This document shows positions 21,801 to 37,639 of a stretch of 64,000 nucleotides of DNA, piece after piece. Position numbers and translations under genes: made by a program. Source of the stretch: the human T2T-CHM13v2.0 reference genome, Homo sapiens; the NCBI RefSeq assembly GCF_009914755.1, contig NC_060934.1. One strand, written 5' to 3'. Position 1 is the first letter of the stretch. The number at the start of each line of letters is the position of its first letter. The notes beneath the pieces were generated by a model. It saw only the letters and a list, made by a program, of their open reading frames with translations. It was not told the origin of the DNA and searched no databases.

Positions 21801-22350
21801 TTTGAATTTCTGCAGTATTGGTTATCATTTCATCTCTGATTTTATATATTTGGATCTTCTCTTTTTATCTTAGTCTGGCTAAAGGTTTGTCCATTTTGTT
21901 TATCTTTTCAAAAAACCAACTTTTCATTTCATTTATCTTTTATATTGTTTTCTTCATTTCAGCTTCATTTATTTCTGTTCTGATCTTTATTATATTTTTT
22001 CTTCTACTAGCTTTGGGGTTGCTTTTCCAGTTCTCTAAGATGTCTCATTAGGTTGTGCATTTGAAGTTTTTCTTTTTTGATGTAGTCCCTTATAGCTGTA
22101 AACTTTCCTCTTAGTACAGTTTTGTTGTGTCCCATAGGTTTTGGTATGCTGTATTTCCATTATCTTTTCCTTCAAGAAATGTTTCTATTTCCTTCTTAAT
22201 CTCTTCATTCACCCACTGGTCATTCAAGAGCATATTGTCTAATTATCATGTGTTTGTAAAGTTTCCAAAATTCTTCTTGTTATTGATTTCTAGTTTTATT
22301 TCATTGTGGTCAGAGAAGATACCTGAAATTGAATTTTTTTTGAATGTTTT
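18828..22350 (-). mobile_element. L1MA (MA2/MA3-like), 5'-truncated, ~3.5 kb, decayed ORF2 3' half; inserted into an old MLT1-like LTR
   Basis: Antisense L1MA 3'UTR at 18870-19330. ORF 20507..20719 ([19 protein letters not shown]) is an ORF2p RT-region remnant. TSD TCTCCTGTTTTA near 18821 and 22352. Confidence 0.93.
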
Positions 22351-23775
22351 GTCTCCTGTTTTAATTGGCTTTCCTCCGGGGAGGGGAAGGCTTTGCTATG
22401 GAGTACTCCAGCTTTGTCATCCATCTTAGAGACCCCAAAGAATAAAGGCTGCCCTTTCTCATTGTCCATATGTAATACATCAGAGGAGAACTCTGGCTAG
22501 ATTTGAGATATGCCTTTCCTTAAGTGTGTCACTTATTGACAAGGGGCATGAAACATCATGATTAGCCAGGTCTGGGTCACAGGCCCATTCCACTTTTCCT
22601 GGAGATGAGTTGCTATCCTTGTCAGCCCCAGTACAACCATCTGACATGGTGGACTGGCAGCTTCCTAAAGGAAGAAGGTGTTCTTACCAGCAGAGAGGGG
22701 AAGGGATGTGTATTAAGTATCTAAGCCAGAAAAAGCTAAAGCAAATAAGCCAAATAAGAGAAGGAAAGGGAATACACCAAGATGGAATATCAGGTAGAAC
22801 AGAGAGCGGGGATCCAGGCAAGCACTTGGCAATCACCTGTTGCAGCATCTGGACCCTTTTAAATATCAGTTGTCTTCCCCCTGGGAAACGTGGAGGAAGG
22901 CTTGATTTCTTTTTTTTCATAACCATATTTTGGTCAAGAGAAAGACTTTCAAGTGGAAAGTTCCAGTGGTATGGTCCTAGTTGAAAATCTTATCGTGGGT
23001 TTTGTCCACTCTATCTATGGATTGAGGTTTGTATAATGTCATTGCACTCATATGTTTGAAGATAATTTTTGGAAAACACAAACTTATGGAGTTCAGTTTG
23101 GCAGTCATGATAAACATTTTAATAGGCTTACTCATTGATGTAACAGTTTTACTTCTGAGAATTTACCTAACCAAAACGTTTTGTACAAATGTGTAAAGAC
23201 ATGCACAAGTATGTTTATTGCTTCATTGTTGTAAGATTGAAAAATTAATGGCACTAAGAGTTTGCCAATAGAAAACTGATTCATTTGTACAATAAACTAC
23301 TAGACAGCCTTGAAAAAGGTGAAGTAACCATATATATATTAATGTGGAAAGGGTTCCAATATAAATTAAATAGAAAATAACAGGGCACTAGGTATAGTAT
23401 ATCCTTTGTGTGTATGTGAAAGTTATAGGTGTTTGCGTGTAGGATTGTGGGTATGAGTATATATGCCTTTTGTGGATAATGCCTGAAAGTATGCATAGCT
23501 GCCTTTAGGGGAGTGATATTTGGCTGGGGTGGGAATGAGAGGTGTTTTTTCCTAGTATGTTCCTGTATTGTTTTAATTTTTTAATGATCATGCATTATTT
23601 TAATAATATAAAAGGGTTTTAAAAATTGTGTTCAGTCAAATTTCAGAAGTGATAATAACTGCTTAAACATTCTTCGGAAAGATTTATTCTTTAAAAAAAT
23701 CATTTTATGTATAGATACAGTGCCTGACTTGAAATTAGAAAAAAATACCTCTTTTACAGTTCATACCCACTCAGA

Positions 23776-23808
<33 letters not shown>

Positions 23809-24520
23809 CACTGGCTTGGGCAGATTTTTCTTTCAAGCTTTTAGTTCTCATAGTTTCCCCTAAGTAGCTTTGTATGACTGGTTTAGATGTAGCCCCCAAA
23901 GTGGTTATTTTGTCTATTTGATAAAATTCCAAATCCATTATTTCCCCTCTCTGTTGCACTAGGTTTTCATTACAAAACCTCCTTATGCTGCCAGCACTGA
24001 AGGGGCTGTTGATACTCAGGGCTACTGTGTTGTATAACTACCAGGTGTGCCTCACCTGTTATATCACATATGCAAATGATAGCTGGAGTTTGTGTACCTG
24101 GTGCCTGTGAATTGTATTTACAAGTGAATGTTTCTTGCTAAGGATGCTGTGCCTTGGATGCTGACTGCCAGTTGTGGTTAATAATATCAGAGCCATCTTT
24201 CTGTCTCTGATAAAAATACTGATACTAAGAATCTCCCCTTAGTGAAAAGTTAGCCCAGAAGTCATTGTGTATTATTGTAAAAACTCCCACTAGAAGTAGT
24301 TGTCTTAAAAAAAAAAAAAAAAAAAAAAAAGAGGGTTTTGCTAACCAGTGTCCTCTATGATTATAGAATTTCAGACAATGGAACAGAGCTCAGTGAACAA
24401 ACTCGAGATAAGCTGGGGAAGACAAGCTATTTTACTTGTTTCGATTTCTTCCCTTTCTTTTATTCTGAACGCCCAGCTCCTGTAAAACCTTCCGTTTTCC
24501 TCCCCTCCCTACCTTGAGTG

Positions 24521-24534
24521 GTTCCCATGGCAAC
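24521..24534. promoter_or_regulatory. RFX X-box motif
   Basis: GTTCCCATGGCAAC, one mismatch from the palindrome GTTGCCATGGCAAC, in non-repeat sequence. Motif only. Confidence 0.45.
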
Positions 24535-25277
24535 AGCAGTCTGGTGGGGTGGAGCAGTAGTGTGTGTCTGGGTCATTTGTAAGTTGAGTGTTTATGAGGT
24601 AGGAACTGTCTGTACTGCATTAGTCATTTGTATCTCAACATTAAAGTAGGTTGGCTCTCTTCTAATGAGGAAGTATCTGTTCTTTTAATATTCTGGCAAG
24701 CTTATGCATTCTCTTCCTCATACAAGTCATAGAGACAAATGTGTCACAGGATTTTGATCCCCAGGAGGTATATGGAGTGAAAGGAAACTTTGTGGATGAA
24801 AAAGAGGAACAGATGGGAATGGCAAGAATAGAAAACAGGAAAGAGTTTTCAATCTCTGTGAGAATGGTGGTAATTCCACAATGATTCAATCATATAGAGT
24901 AAACTATCACAAGTGAGCACTATCCACCCTCAGTCAGATTTTGCTTGAAAGTACAAATATTTGGTGGCTGTCCTTCCTAAAAGTTCTTCCCAGCAGGCTG
25001 TTAATGGGCCTTGACATCTTCATTAGCTGGTATTCCTTGAGGTTAAGACACTGACTGTTTTTGAAAAGGCAAAAGTGTGAGGGTGGAGGTCACATTTACA
25101 TTTATTTTTATGCCTCCTGTGCCAGCTCCAGTGCCCTATAAATACTGAGTAAATGACCTGGCCAATATTATCACTAAGAATAGTTTACATTCTGTATTTT
25201 TAGCAGATTAATTCTAGTTATTTAATCATTCATTCAGCACATGTTTCCTAATGATGAAGATAATAAAGATAACTTTT

Positions 25278-25600
25278 GGCAGGGTGTGGTGGCTCACACC
25301 TGTAATCCCAGCACTTTGGGAGGTCGAGGTGGGCGGATCACGAGGTGAGGAGATGGAGACCATCCTGGCTAACATGGTGAAACCCCGTCTCTACTAAAAA
25401 TACAAAAAATTAGCCAGGTATTGTGGCGCATGCCTGTAATCCCAGCTACTCAGGAGGCTGAGGCAGGAGAATTGCTTGAACCCAGGAGGCGGAGGTTGCA
25501 GTGAGTTGAGATTGTGCCACTGCATTCCAGATAGTGCCACTGCACTCCAGCCTGGGTGACGAGCAAGGCTCCATCTCAAAAAATAAAAATAATAAATATA
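25278..25600 (+). mobile_element. AluS (Sc-like) with internal 20-bp tandem duplication
   Basis: Full dimer; TSD AGATAACTTTT; AGATTGTGCCACTGCATTCC followed by AGATAGTGCCACTGCACTCC at 25509-25548. Confidence 0.94.
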
Positions 25601-25611
25601 GATAACTTTTA

Positions 25612-25830
25612 TAGTACATGTACTATAAGCTGGGCAATTGTGTGTGCATTATTTCAAGCCTCAAAGCAACCCTATGGTAGGTACTGTTAGTATTACCATT
25701 TTACAGGTGAAGAAAAGTAAGCTTAAAGAGGTTAAATTAATTTCCCCATGCAAATGGCTCATAAATGGCAGAGGCAGAACTTGAGTGAGTCTTTCTATTG
25801 TGTAAAGTCTGTGCTTTAGGTCCCGTTGCT
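25612..25830 (-). mobile_element. MIR
   Basis: CCATTTTACAGGTGAAGAAAAGTAAGCTTAAAGAGGTTAAATTAA core. Confidence 0.75.
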
Positions 25831-26241
25831 GTTGAGTGTTGGGAGACAATTTTTCATTGTTATCTTGCATCTTTTTCTTGTAATTTATTTGTTAACTGAG
25901 ATGTTCTGTGAAGTTTCCTAGAGTTTGGGTTTTGTTGATTGCGTCCTTGAAGTATCATTTAATGTGTTTACTTTTCCTCTGTATTTTCTGTAAATTGGTA
26001 GTAGCATTATAGAAGCTTGATCAGATTCTAGTTTGGGTTTTTCTGGGGCAAATCTCCATAAGTGATACTGTGTTTTTCCATTTGCTGAGAGACATGATGT
26101 CTGATTGTCTCTCTTTTAATATTAGCAACTATTCATATTGAAATACTGGTTCAGCTACATTTTTGGAGGTTGTAGAATAGTGATTTTCTACTCTATTGAT
26201 CATATATGTATTGTGTGTGTGTGTGTAAACCTCTTTTTAAA

Positions 26242-26540
26242 TTTTATTTATTTATTTAGACAGGGTCTCACTCTGTCACCCAGGCTGAAGTACAGTGGGG
26301 CGATCTCAACTCACTGCAGCCTCCACCTCCTGAGTTCAAGGGATCCTCCCACCTCAGCCTCCTGAGTAGCTGAGACAACAAGTGTGCACCAACATGCCTG
26401 GCTAATTTTTTCTTTTTTATTTGTAGAGACAGGGTTTCGCCATGTTTCCCAGGCTGGTCTCGAACGCCTAGACTCAAGCAATCTGCCTGCCTTGGCCTCT
26501 CAAAGTGCTGGATTACAGGCATGAGCCACAGTACCCGGCC
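26242..26540 (-). mobile_element. AluJ within old L1 sequence
   Basis: AGACAGGGTCTCACTCTGTC, GATCCTCCCACCTCAGCC. Confidence 0.9.
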
Positions 26541-27146
26541 ACAAACCATTTATTCACTAGAATACTTTTATAAAGAGAAACTTTCCCCTTATCTATTATT
26601 TGATTACCTAGCAGTACGCTTTCTTTAGGAAAGGACGGATGAATGCTTGATTCTTCCCCTTATAAATTTTCAAAATAATGAAATAGTTCTTAATCATCTT
26701 CCATGGTTATCAATTAACTGTTTTTTTATTATGATTATGAATTCACAGATTTAAATACACTTGATATTTTTCAATCCATTGCATTTATTCTTGTTGATGA
26801 CTAACTCATCTCACTTTGATCTGTCATAGCCTCTTAGGTTCATTCCCTGAGTCATTTGACACACCCTAAGTAGTATGATAATTTCTTTTATCTCATATGG
26901 CAAGATGTTCCAGATTAGCTTTTAAAATTTCTTGCACCGACTAGGAATTGTCCATTTCTCCAGAGATCCCTTGTTCTCTTAACTGCAAAATGGTAATTGG
27001 AAACTCCTGGCTTTTATATTGATGACTAATTACAGGAAAATAATGTCTCTGATGGGATTCAGCTTATGGGTAGTCTGTTGGTGACCTCTGGCCAGAGTTA
27101 TGATAGTAGCAGTGAGAATTTAAGAGAAAAGGATGGATAATAAAGA

Positions 27147-27319
27147 AGGCTCATGTTTCTTGTCCAAAAAGTAGGAAAAATTATTCATACTCCAGTAGGT
27201 TATTAGAATTAAATTACAGTTACACTACCTACTAGCTATGTGACCTTGGTCAACTTACTTAAGCTTTCTGTGCCTCCATTTCCCCATCTATGAAATGGTG
27301 TAATAATCTGACCTATCAT
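27147..27319 (+). repeat. Dispersed duplication copy 1 (chimeric MIR segment)
   Basis: Aligns by eye to 29292-29457; 11 substitutions and one 4-bp indel over the 155-nt core. Confidence 0.92.
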
Positions 27320-27818
27320 ATTTGGACTTGGTGACTACTTGGATAGGGAAGGGGAAAGAATATTTGATGTTTCAAATGAGAAGATTATAATTTTGTTTTC
27401 AAGTCATCATTGCTTGAAAACTTATGTAGTCTGCTTAATGTATTACATATATTATTTAATTTAACAGTGAAAGAGAGGGATTATTCCCATTTAAAGATGA
27501 AGAAATTGAGGCTCAAAGGAGGGGTCTCTGTGTGTGTGTCTCACTCATTTCTGGGGGGTTTTCTTGCTGCTCTCCCTTCCTTTCTCACACATAGAGTTAA
27601 GATATTGATGTGACCATTTTACAGAATAATGAAAATAACAGAGGCTTAATCAGGATTAAAGTTTATTTCCTTCATAATGATAGGCAAATGATCCGGGGAT
27701 CTTCTGTTTTGCTGTTCCACCTTTCCTGGAGTTTTACCCTAATCCACATGTTTGAAATTGGTTTACCAGCACCCACTGAAGCAGGCAAAGGGAGTGGATG
27801 CCAAGTGGTTAGCTTTGA

Positions 27819-28163
<345 letters not shown>

Positions 28164-29194
28164 CCTGTTCATATTTTATTGGCAAATATTTAGCTACGTG
28201 GCGATGGCTAGGTGGAGACATGCTAGGTTGTATATCTCTAGCTGGGCAGAGGAGTTATATTACAAAAATATAGAAAGGATAAATGGATACTGGGGGGATA
28301 TTTAGCAATCTTTCCACTCTTCCATTTCATATCTCTCTCCTCTGGAAAGCATACTCTAGTATTTTCTCTATTTAAGGGGGAGAAGAAGTCTTGGTTGTAC
28401 AAAGAGAGAAGGAGACTTTGTTGTACAAACACACTGAACTTTTCAGGGAGGCAATTTTTATAGTTGTGGGATGGGGCCGATTGTGAACATCCCTGGGACA
28501 ATATGTAAGTCCTAGGAACACACCTGGAGTTGGGGTGGTAGGTAAACTGGAGAGGTGCTGACAGCAAAATTTGGCTGTTTCACAAAGAACTGCCAAGAGC
28601 AAGATCTTTGTCTAAGCCCTGGTTTAATTCTAACTCTAAGCCTAATAAGTCATTCTGCCAAAAACATTTTATTTCCTCTAAGATTACAAACACTTGAGGT
28701 CAGTGAAAATGTCCTTATTATGCAGGGGTGAGTGCATTTTTTACAAATGACATTGTGCTTCAGAAGCAAGTTCTTCAACTCCAGTGTTTGCCAAGTTAAA
28801 TAGTTCATTTATTAGAAATGAATTTCCAATATATTTCACCCTTAACTGAAATGAAGTAAGTTGGAATTCCTTTGTTCTTGCCAGGACATTGATAGGTATT
28901 TTCAACTGCTTTTCTGTGCTATTGGTATTTTTGTGTGTGTATGACTCTTCAAACTTGTTTGTTCTTGCCAGTGAAGCTTGAAGCAAGTGAGCATGCACAT
29001 TAGTCTTCTGTAGTAATTGTTCACATATGGAGAGAACAAGAAACATACAGAACATTTTTATTTCCTGGAAGTTTTATTTCTAGATCCCTTATTTTCTGTC
29101 TGGATGAATGATTATTTTTGATATAAAGGAAACAAAGACCAAAGTAAGACATTTTTTAAAGGATTTAAGTGCTGCTATTGCTGTCGTTGGCCTG

Positions 29195-29525
29195 CAGAGA
29201 GGCATGGAGAAAGAATACTGATTGGCTTAGGGTGGATTCTAACTGCCACTTACTAATTGTGTGAATTTAGGTTAGTCACTTGACCTCTTCGAGGCTCATG
29301 ATTCTTGTGCAAAAAGTAGGAAAAATTATTCATACTCCCATGGGTTATTAGAATTAAATAACAGTTATACTACTTACTAGCTATGTGACTTTGGTCAACT
29401 TAAGCTTTCTGTGCTTCCATTTCCTCATCTATGAAATGGTGTAATACTCCTATCGTACAGTGTTTGTGTGAAGTAAAGTGCTTACAATGGTGAACTCTAT
29501 ATAAATGTTAGCTATGGTTACTATT
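29195..29525 (+). mobile_element. Tandem MIR fragments, containing duplication copy 2 (29292-29457)
   Basis: CTGCCACTTACTAATTGTGTGAA, then a second ACTTACTAGCTATGTGACTTTGG...TTTCCTCATCTATGAAATGG, ending GTAAAGTGCTTACAATGGTG. Confidence 0.8.
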
Positions 29526-30073
29526 CCATGAATACGTAGTAGCCACCAGTGTGCACAGGCCTTGATTGGGACATTGACAAGGTAGAGAAGAGAGTCAGTC
29601 TCCAGCCTAGTTCTTCTGTGCAGGCCAGAATTCTTATCGGCTTCTGCATTTGCAGAAGACAATATGAAGGTTACTCAGAGGTGAGTTACACTGTTCTTGT
29701 AAGGATCTGCTGCGGATGCATCTGAGAGAATGTAAAACCATGAATTTTTGCTGAAAAAGTAAAAGAAAATTCTTAGAATGAAAATATTTTCTTGGGGTAA
29801 AACAAATGCCACAGATGTGTAAGTGGGAGCAATCCTAGAAATAGATTCCAGTGAAACCCATTCAGTGATAAGTTTTATTTCTTTTTAAACTTTTAATTAT
29901 TTTTTTTTTTTGGTTTTATTTCTTATAGTCCTTGGTAACACAAGCCCCATCCTCCTCATGTGCATGATTTATTTTCCTCGGGTGATGAATGTTTCCTGGG
30001 ATGAGGGGCCCAAACCTGTTAAAGTGATGCAGTTCTCATGTTAACAGGAAACAGCAGATAAAATGTTTCCTAG

Positions 30074-30589
<516 letters not shown>

Positions 30590-31529
30590 TAGCTTTTTTT
30601 TAGTTCTTTCCTTGATCCTGGAAGAAGGTAGGGATTTACAATCACATTTTATTGGTACTTTTCTCTATCACACAGATGATAAATAATCGAGAAGCCGTTT
30701 GATCTATAAAAGTGAAATACACAGCTCATCCTTATCCAGCAGCCTGCTTGGACTGGTTCCAGCTGCTGTGAACTGCTAGGGCCCTGGAGTTGAAAAAGCA
30801 AAGCAAATCTCTTACACATTGTGGGCTTGGTTCTTTGTGGAGGGATAGAAACAACAATGACCTGATGGACTATTGGCTCAATGGGTGCTACTGAGGGCCA
30901 CAGAGAGAGTCTGTTCTTTTATTGCCCCCAAGGAACTTTAATTCATCTGAATGTTGGAGTTCAGATTTTGTACCTATATTTTAGCTAGTTTTTGTTTTGG
31001 ACTTTAATCAGAGATAGTCATAGCTTCCAGTAACTGACAAGGTTTTAACATTTTCTCATACTTTCCTACAGTCAATATCAACCCTCATGTGGGTCACATA
31101 CACCTTTGAGAATCTGAAAAAATTACTAACTCCCTCCCCTCTTTTTCCACTGACGGCACTTACACACAAACACACAAAAGGCTTCAGAGTATTAGTGGAC
31201 CCTCTGACCACTCAACTACTCAACTCTTTACAGATCCATGAATCTCTTATTAGATTATATTTTTCCCTGTGATTTTTAAAAAGCATATGTTTGAAAACAT
31301 TGATATATTTTTTATTTTTCAAAAATAGAAGATTAGTTATTTTACCATGACCTTTTATGTGAAGATAAAATCAACTGAGGGTTTTTTTAAGAAATAAGAT
31401 TTAATTTTAATTTTAGGACACCTACCTTTTAAAATTCTTAATATTTTAAATCTCAAATTTAGAAGCAGAGAAAGTTACTTCATATTCTAAAATCTATAAC
31501 ATTTTATAACTAAAATCCAGGAAATTAAT

Positions 31530-31995
31530 TGAAACTGACCTAATAGTCCCATAGATAGTATTTGGATAAATATAGAAATTAACCCTTCTGGTCTTAAAGC
31601 TTGAAGTTTACATTTGTTATATCTGAGTTCCTTCCTCAGGAAATGACTTTCAGACCTCTCAAGAAAAAAAAAAAAAGTATCAAAATACTGAGACTTATCA
31701 GAATTTCAGGCTAAAGCAACCACATCCAGACAATGAGATATGGGATCCTCATCATGATTGCTTCTTTGCCCCTCCCTAGTTCGTATTTCCTTACACATTG
31801 TTAACATTTCTTCCCTGCTATATAAACCCCTAGTTTTTGTGGGTCAGGGAGTTGGATTTGAGACTGAGCTGCCTTGTCATTGGCTGCAACACCCAATTAA
31901 AATTTTCTTCCATGGCAATACTTGTCGTTTCAGTCATTGGCTTTCTGTGTGGTGATCAGCAGGACCTAGACCAAACCCCTGGTGTTTCAGTGATA
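31530..31995 (+). mobile_element. ERV1-class solo LTR (LOR1a-like)
   Basis: TGAAACTGACCTAATAGTCCCATAG...CCCCTGGTGTTTCAGTGATA; TATA box TATATAAA and ATTAAA; 4-bp TSD TAAT. Confidence 0.85.
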
Positions 31996-32353
31996 TAATC
32001 ATTAGTTTAGTTTTCCCCCAACTTAAATTTTAATATATGTAAACTAATATGCCTGCAATATAATAGAATGGCATTTATTTTGTCCATTTAAGTAACCTCT
32101 AGTATTATATTAAAAGTTTTATGAGAACCATATTGATCAGATATTTTTGGTGAACTCCTGCTCACTTGTTTGAGCTGGAGGTGTGAAGGATTCCTTACTT
32201 TCCATTATCTCCTACTCATGTTCAGTGATGTTAACAGAATCATCACTTTGGGTTTTAGAAGGTAGTTTGTCATTGGCAGGCAGTTATGGGTATCTAAATC
32301 TTCCTTCTCACTATCACACTGAAAATATTTAACCTCTTAAGTGTTCCATTTAG

Positions 32354-32681
<328 letters not shown>

Positions 32682-33038
32682 TTAATGTTTTATGTCTAGG
32701 TATTGTATACTTGGGTGCCTTCAGGGTCTGGATTCCATCATGAAGATTGGCATCTGCTTTTTACTACTGCTGCATTGATATGTTATAGGCCATCACTTGC
32801 CTCCCTGTTCCTGCTGTGAATGGTGACACCAGGGCTAGTTGACCAACCAGTGAGACCTCATCTTTTAGTACATAATCATCACAAATCTTGGCATAGAGAT
32901 AATGCTCAAAATAAGGATGTGAAGGGAGGGCAGAAATGAGTATGTGAGCAAATGTGCCTATTTATAACCTGAAAAACTAACTGGGGACATTGTTTCTTGT
33001 CAATATCTCTAATTTTTACTCCTGTCTCCCTTGGTGGA

Positions 33039-33385
33039 TGCTATGGTTTGAAGGTTTCCCACAAAGTTCATGTGTTGGAAACCTAATCCCCAATGCAACA
33101 GTGTTGGGAAGTGATGCCTAATGAGGAGAGATTAAGTCATGGAGGCTCTGCCCTTATGGTTGGATTAATGTTGTTATCGAGGGAGTGGGCTCGGTATTTT
33201 GGGAGCATTTTTCTTATACAAGTGAGTTAGGCCTCTTGCTGTCTTGATCTTGGTCTTTCTTGCCCTTCTGCCTTATGCCATGGGATGACACAGCATGAAG
33301 GTCCTTGCCAGGTGCCAGCACTATGCTCTTGAACTTTACAGCATCTAGAATTGTGAACTAAATAACTCTGCTTGTTATTAAAAAG
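33039..33385 (+). mobile_element. MST (MSTD-like) MaLR LTR, 3'-incomplete
   Basis: TGCTATGGTTTGAA...AAAGTTCATGTGTTGGAAACCTAATCCCCAATGCAACAGTGTTGGGA. Confidence 0.8.
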
Positions 33386-33607
33386 AAAATCTACTGGTCA
33401 CCACTCCTCTGGCACATTTGGGATCCCCTACCAGTCATCACAGGAATTGTGCTTTGTGTGATGTCAAGTTGATAAAACTCCAGTTTTTTGTGAGTTAAGG
33501 ATGCCTGTCTTCTCTGCTGTTAAGCTGACTTAGTGAGAAAGTTCATGGCCTAAGATCCTGGTCTTTCATCTTAGGTAGATGTGAGTTTAAATTTCAGTTT
33601 CAACACC

Positions 33608-34040
33608 TGCGGAAGCTAAAGCAACTCCATCTTGTATGCTAATCCACCATGTTGACTTCTGATTAACCCTAGTTCCAGGAATGCCTCTAAGATTTCTATT
33701 ATATCATTTCCTGTGTAAAAGGATGTATTGACTCTTAGGTCTAAACATCCTTAACCAAAAATCCTGCCCTTATGCAGATTAACACAGCATTCTTGCCTTT
33801 CGCTATAACTATCCTACACATTACTCCCCTATGGTATGTAAGCCCTACGTCTGGAGGGTAATGGCATGGGGATCCACCATCTCATCTTGCCACCACCTGA
33901 GACGCAAGCATGGCTTCAGTTCTTAAGTCCCTATTAGGTGTTTCTTTCTGAGAAAGTGGCGATGTCAGTCTCTTTCTTCAACTTCTCCACTTTCTTGGAC
34001 TTTGGGGCTAAGTTTGCACAGAGCTGTCCACCACGGAATA
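33608..34040 (+). mobile_element. ERVL-class solo LTR (LTR47A-like) inserted in a MIR
   Basis: TGCGGAAGCTAAAGCAACTCCATCTTG...CCACCACGGAATA; 5-bp TSD ACACC/ATACC. Confidence 0.75.
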
Positions 34041-34047
34041 ATACCTA

Positions 34048-34401
<354 letters not shown>

Positions 34402-34914
34402 TTATTCTAAGAATTAAAGATAATGTATGTAAAACACTCTGAGGTACTCAATAAGTGGTAGCTGTTCCTACTATGACTTTCTAGCCGTATTCCCTATCTC
34501 TGAAATACTAAAGGGAACCAACAGGTGTTTGTTTGATTTGCTCAAATGTAAACTAGCAGAATATTTAATATTGGCCTGGGACAGCCATCATGGTATGGTA
34601 AGTGGGACAGAGAAAAAACAAGGGTTTCTGCCAATTGTTAATGCAGTTCTCATGTTGAAACAGTGCCCCTTTGGAAACACATTACAGTCGTTTAAGGACT
34701 AGATCATCCAAGGTGAAAGTTACTGTTACTCAGAAAAAAATGCAAGTGAGGTGAGGGGATCATTAGCTACAAGTGGAAGTTCTCACCAGTTTAGAAAAAA
34801 TACTCCAGATCAGACTTTACCCGTGAGTGCAAATAGATTGCCTGTGATGGTTACAGTTATGGAGAAAATGGCTTCTTTGTATTTTGCAGCTTCACAGGAG
34901 ACATAAGAAAAATT

Positions 34915-35625
<711 letters not shown>

Positions 35626-36984
35626 TATTTTTATTTATTTATTTTTTTCTGAGTGTGTGGGGGGGAAAGCTTAGTACTCTTTTCAGGATGCTGCTTTTAT
35701 TAGTTTTAGGCTGGATTGCTTGGTCTTTGAGGCCCTACTCTGGGAAATTAAAGGCAATCTCTTCGTATTTCTCACATGGAATTGATAAGGGGCAAAGACC
35801 TGAATTTAGGCCTCATTTGGACACACTGTTCACATCATGAAAAGTAGACTCAATATCAGTCCTTGGAAAGATTTGGGGCAAATCTTTTCTGAACGTGCAT
35901 ATGAGCAGGCTATCTTAGCTATTTTTACTGTGTCCCACATCTGGAAGAGAAGGGGGCACAGTGGAATCCTGAGGGTTTAATTGTGACCCCAAACTGACTC
36001 TGTCCATATTTAAATTAAGTCCACTTGTTTTTTGTTTAAGTTGGCTCAGTACTATTTTTGCCCAAAAATCCAGGTGCTTTCTGGAGTACCAGTTGTTTTA
36101 CTCAGTGTTTGCCCAAATTAGTCTTTTTAGGAAAGAGAGCATGTGGGGACTCAGACCAGGATGGACTGTTGAGTTATCCTTGGCCATGAACCCTGCCTCA
36201 CATTTGCACTTTGGGACAAGGGCTCTGGGACAAAGTAGGTTCACACAGAAAACTCAGCTGGCTCCTTTCTGAATAACTGAAATGCTAAAGATTTTTGCTA
36301 TCTGAACTGTTGCAAATGGTTTCTTTTCTCTCTTATCCTCTCTGTAGTTGACACAGATACAAAGTCTCTCTGTACTTGAGGGTCGATGGATGCTAATTTT
36401 CTCACTAATTAGCGAGTAGCTGCCAGGATCATTACATATGGCTGTGTAGGTTGAGCATGGCATAACTCCAAGGGATGCTATTCACATAACTACAATGTGT
36501 TTGGTGCCCCTGGAGTTGAGCACAACTGTGCCTAGAAGCCATTGTGTCTGCTTTAAATGCAGAGTAGCAGGGGTTTGCAACTCCATTTCTTATGGTAATT
36601 GCACTCCAGATGTTGCCTTTTTCTGGCAGAAAATGGTGGTTCCCATTTTTTAGTTTTTGCAGAACGGGAGCAGTCAGGGGTCCTTGCTCTAAGAATTCTA
36701 AGGATTATATGGTATCTCTCCTTCACAGCTGGTTCCCAGAAACCTTGATCCATCAGCAACAATTTGGTCCTGGCTCAGGGCCAAGCTGCTGAGATTCTGC
36801 AAGGTTCCTCACAGCCCCCTCTCAATGAATCAATCCTTTGGAGGACTAAGATGATAAGACACCTAAACTATTTTTTTTGGCTGAGTAGGGTGGGGGATAA
36901 GGCAAACTTTGAGATCCATGATCAGAGCTGGCTCCAGGCAAGGCTGAACTGAAACTGGTTTGCTTCCCACACCTCTCCATCCGC

Positions 36985-37610
36985 TGTTTCAAATTAGGGT
37001 TCTTTTGGCTAGAAGAGACCGAAATCCCAACTCTAAGTGGCTTAAATAAAGAGGATTTATTGGCTCACATTACTGAAAAGTATTTGTTGGCTTCAAGTGC
37101 TCAAATGATGTCATTAGAACCTAGCCACTTTCTCTCTTCTCCTCCTCTGCCCTCTTTTCCATCTCTCAGTTCTACTTTCCTATGCGCTGGCCTTATTCCC
37201 AGGCAAGCCTTCTGCATCTGGTGGTTTCCAGCACCTCCAGGCTTATGTCCTGCAATTTCAATAATACTAGAGGAAAGATAATTTCTCTTGGTAATCCCAG
37301 AGGAAAGGAGCTCAAAAGCTCTAAAAAAGACATCCTAATTCACACCAAACAAAAAGTACAACAAAAATATATGCCAACACCAAAGGATTGTGTCTCATGG
37401 TCTGGCTTGGGTTGTGGTTCATCACTGAATCAATTGCTATGGCCAAGGGAATGGAATCCTATGATTGGCCAGGTCTGAGTCATGTGTCCATGTGGTGGTT
37501 AGGGAATGTCTATCCTAAACCAAATAGACTCTGAGGGATGGAGGGTTAGTTGCTAAAGAAAAATCAAGATGCTGTCACCAGAAGAAGGAGGAATGTATAT
37601 ATTGACAACA
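36985..37610. mobile_element. Old MLT1-like MaLR LTR
   Basis: GGCTTAAATAAAGAGGATTTATTGGCTCACATTACTGAAAAG and TGATTGGCCAGGTCTGAGTCATGTG. Confidence 0.6.
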
Positions 37611-37639
37611 AAACCAGAGTCATAAGGTTCAGGTCCTTT

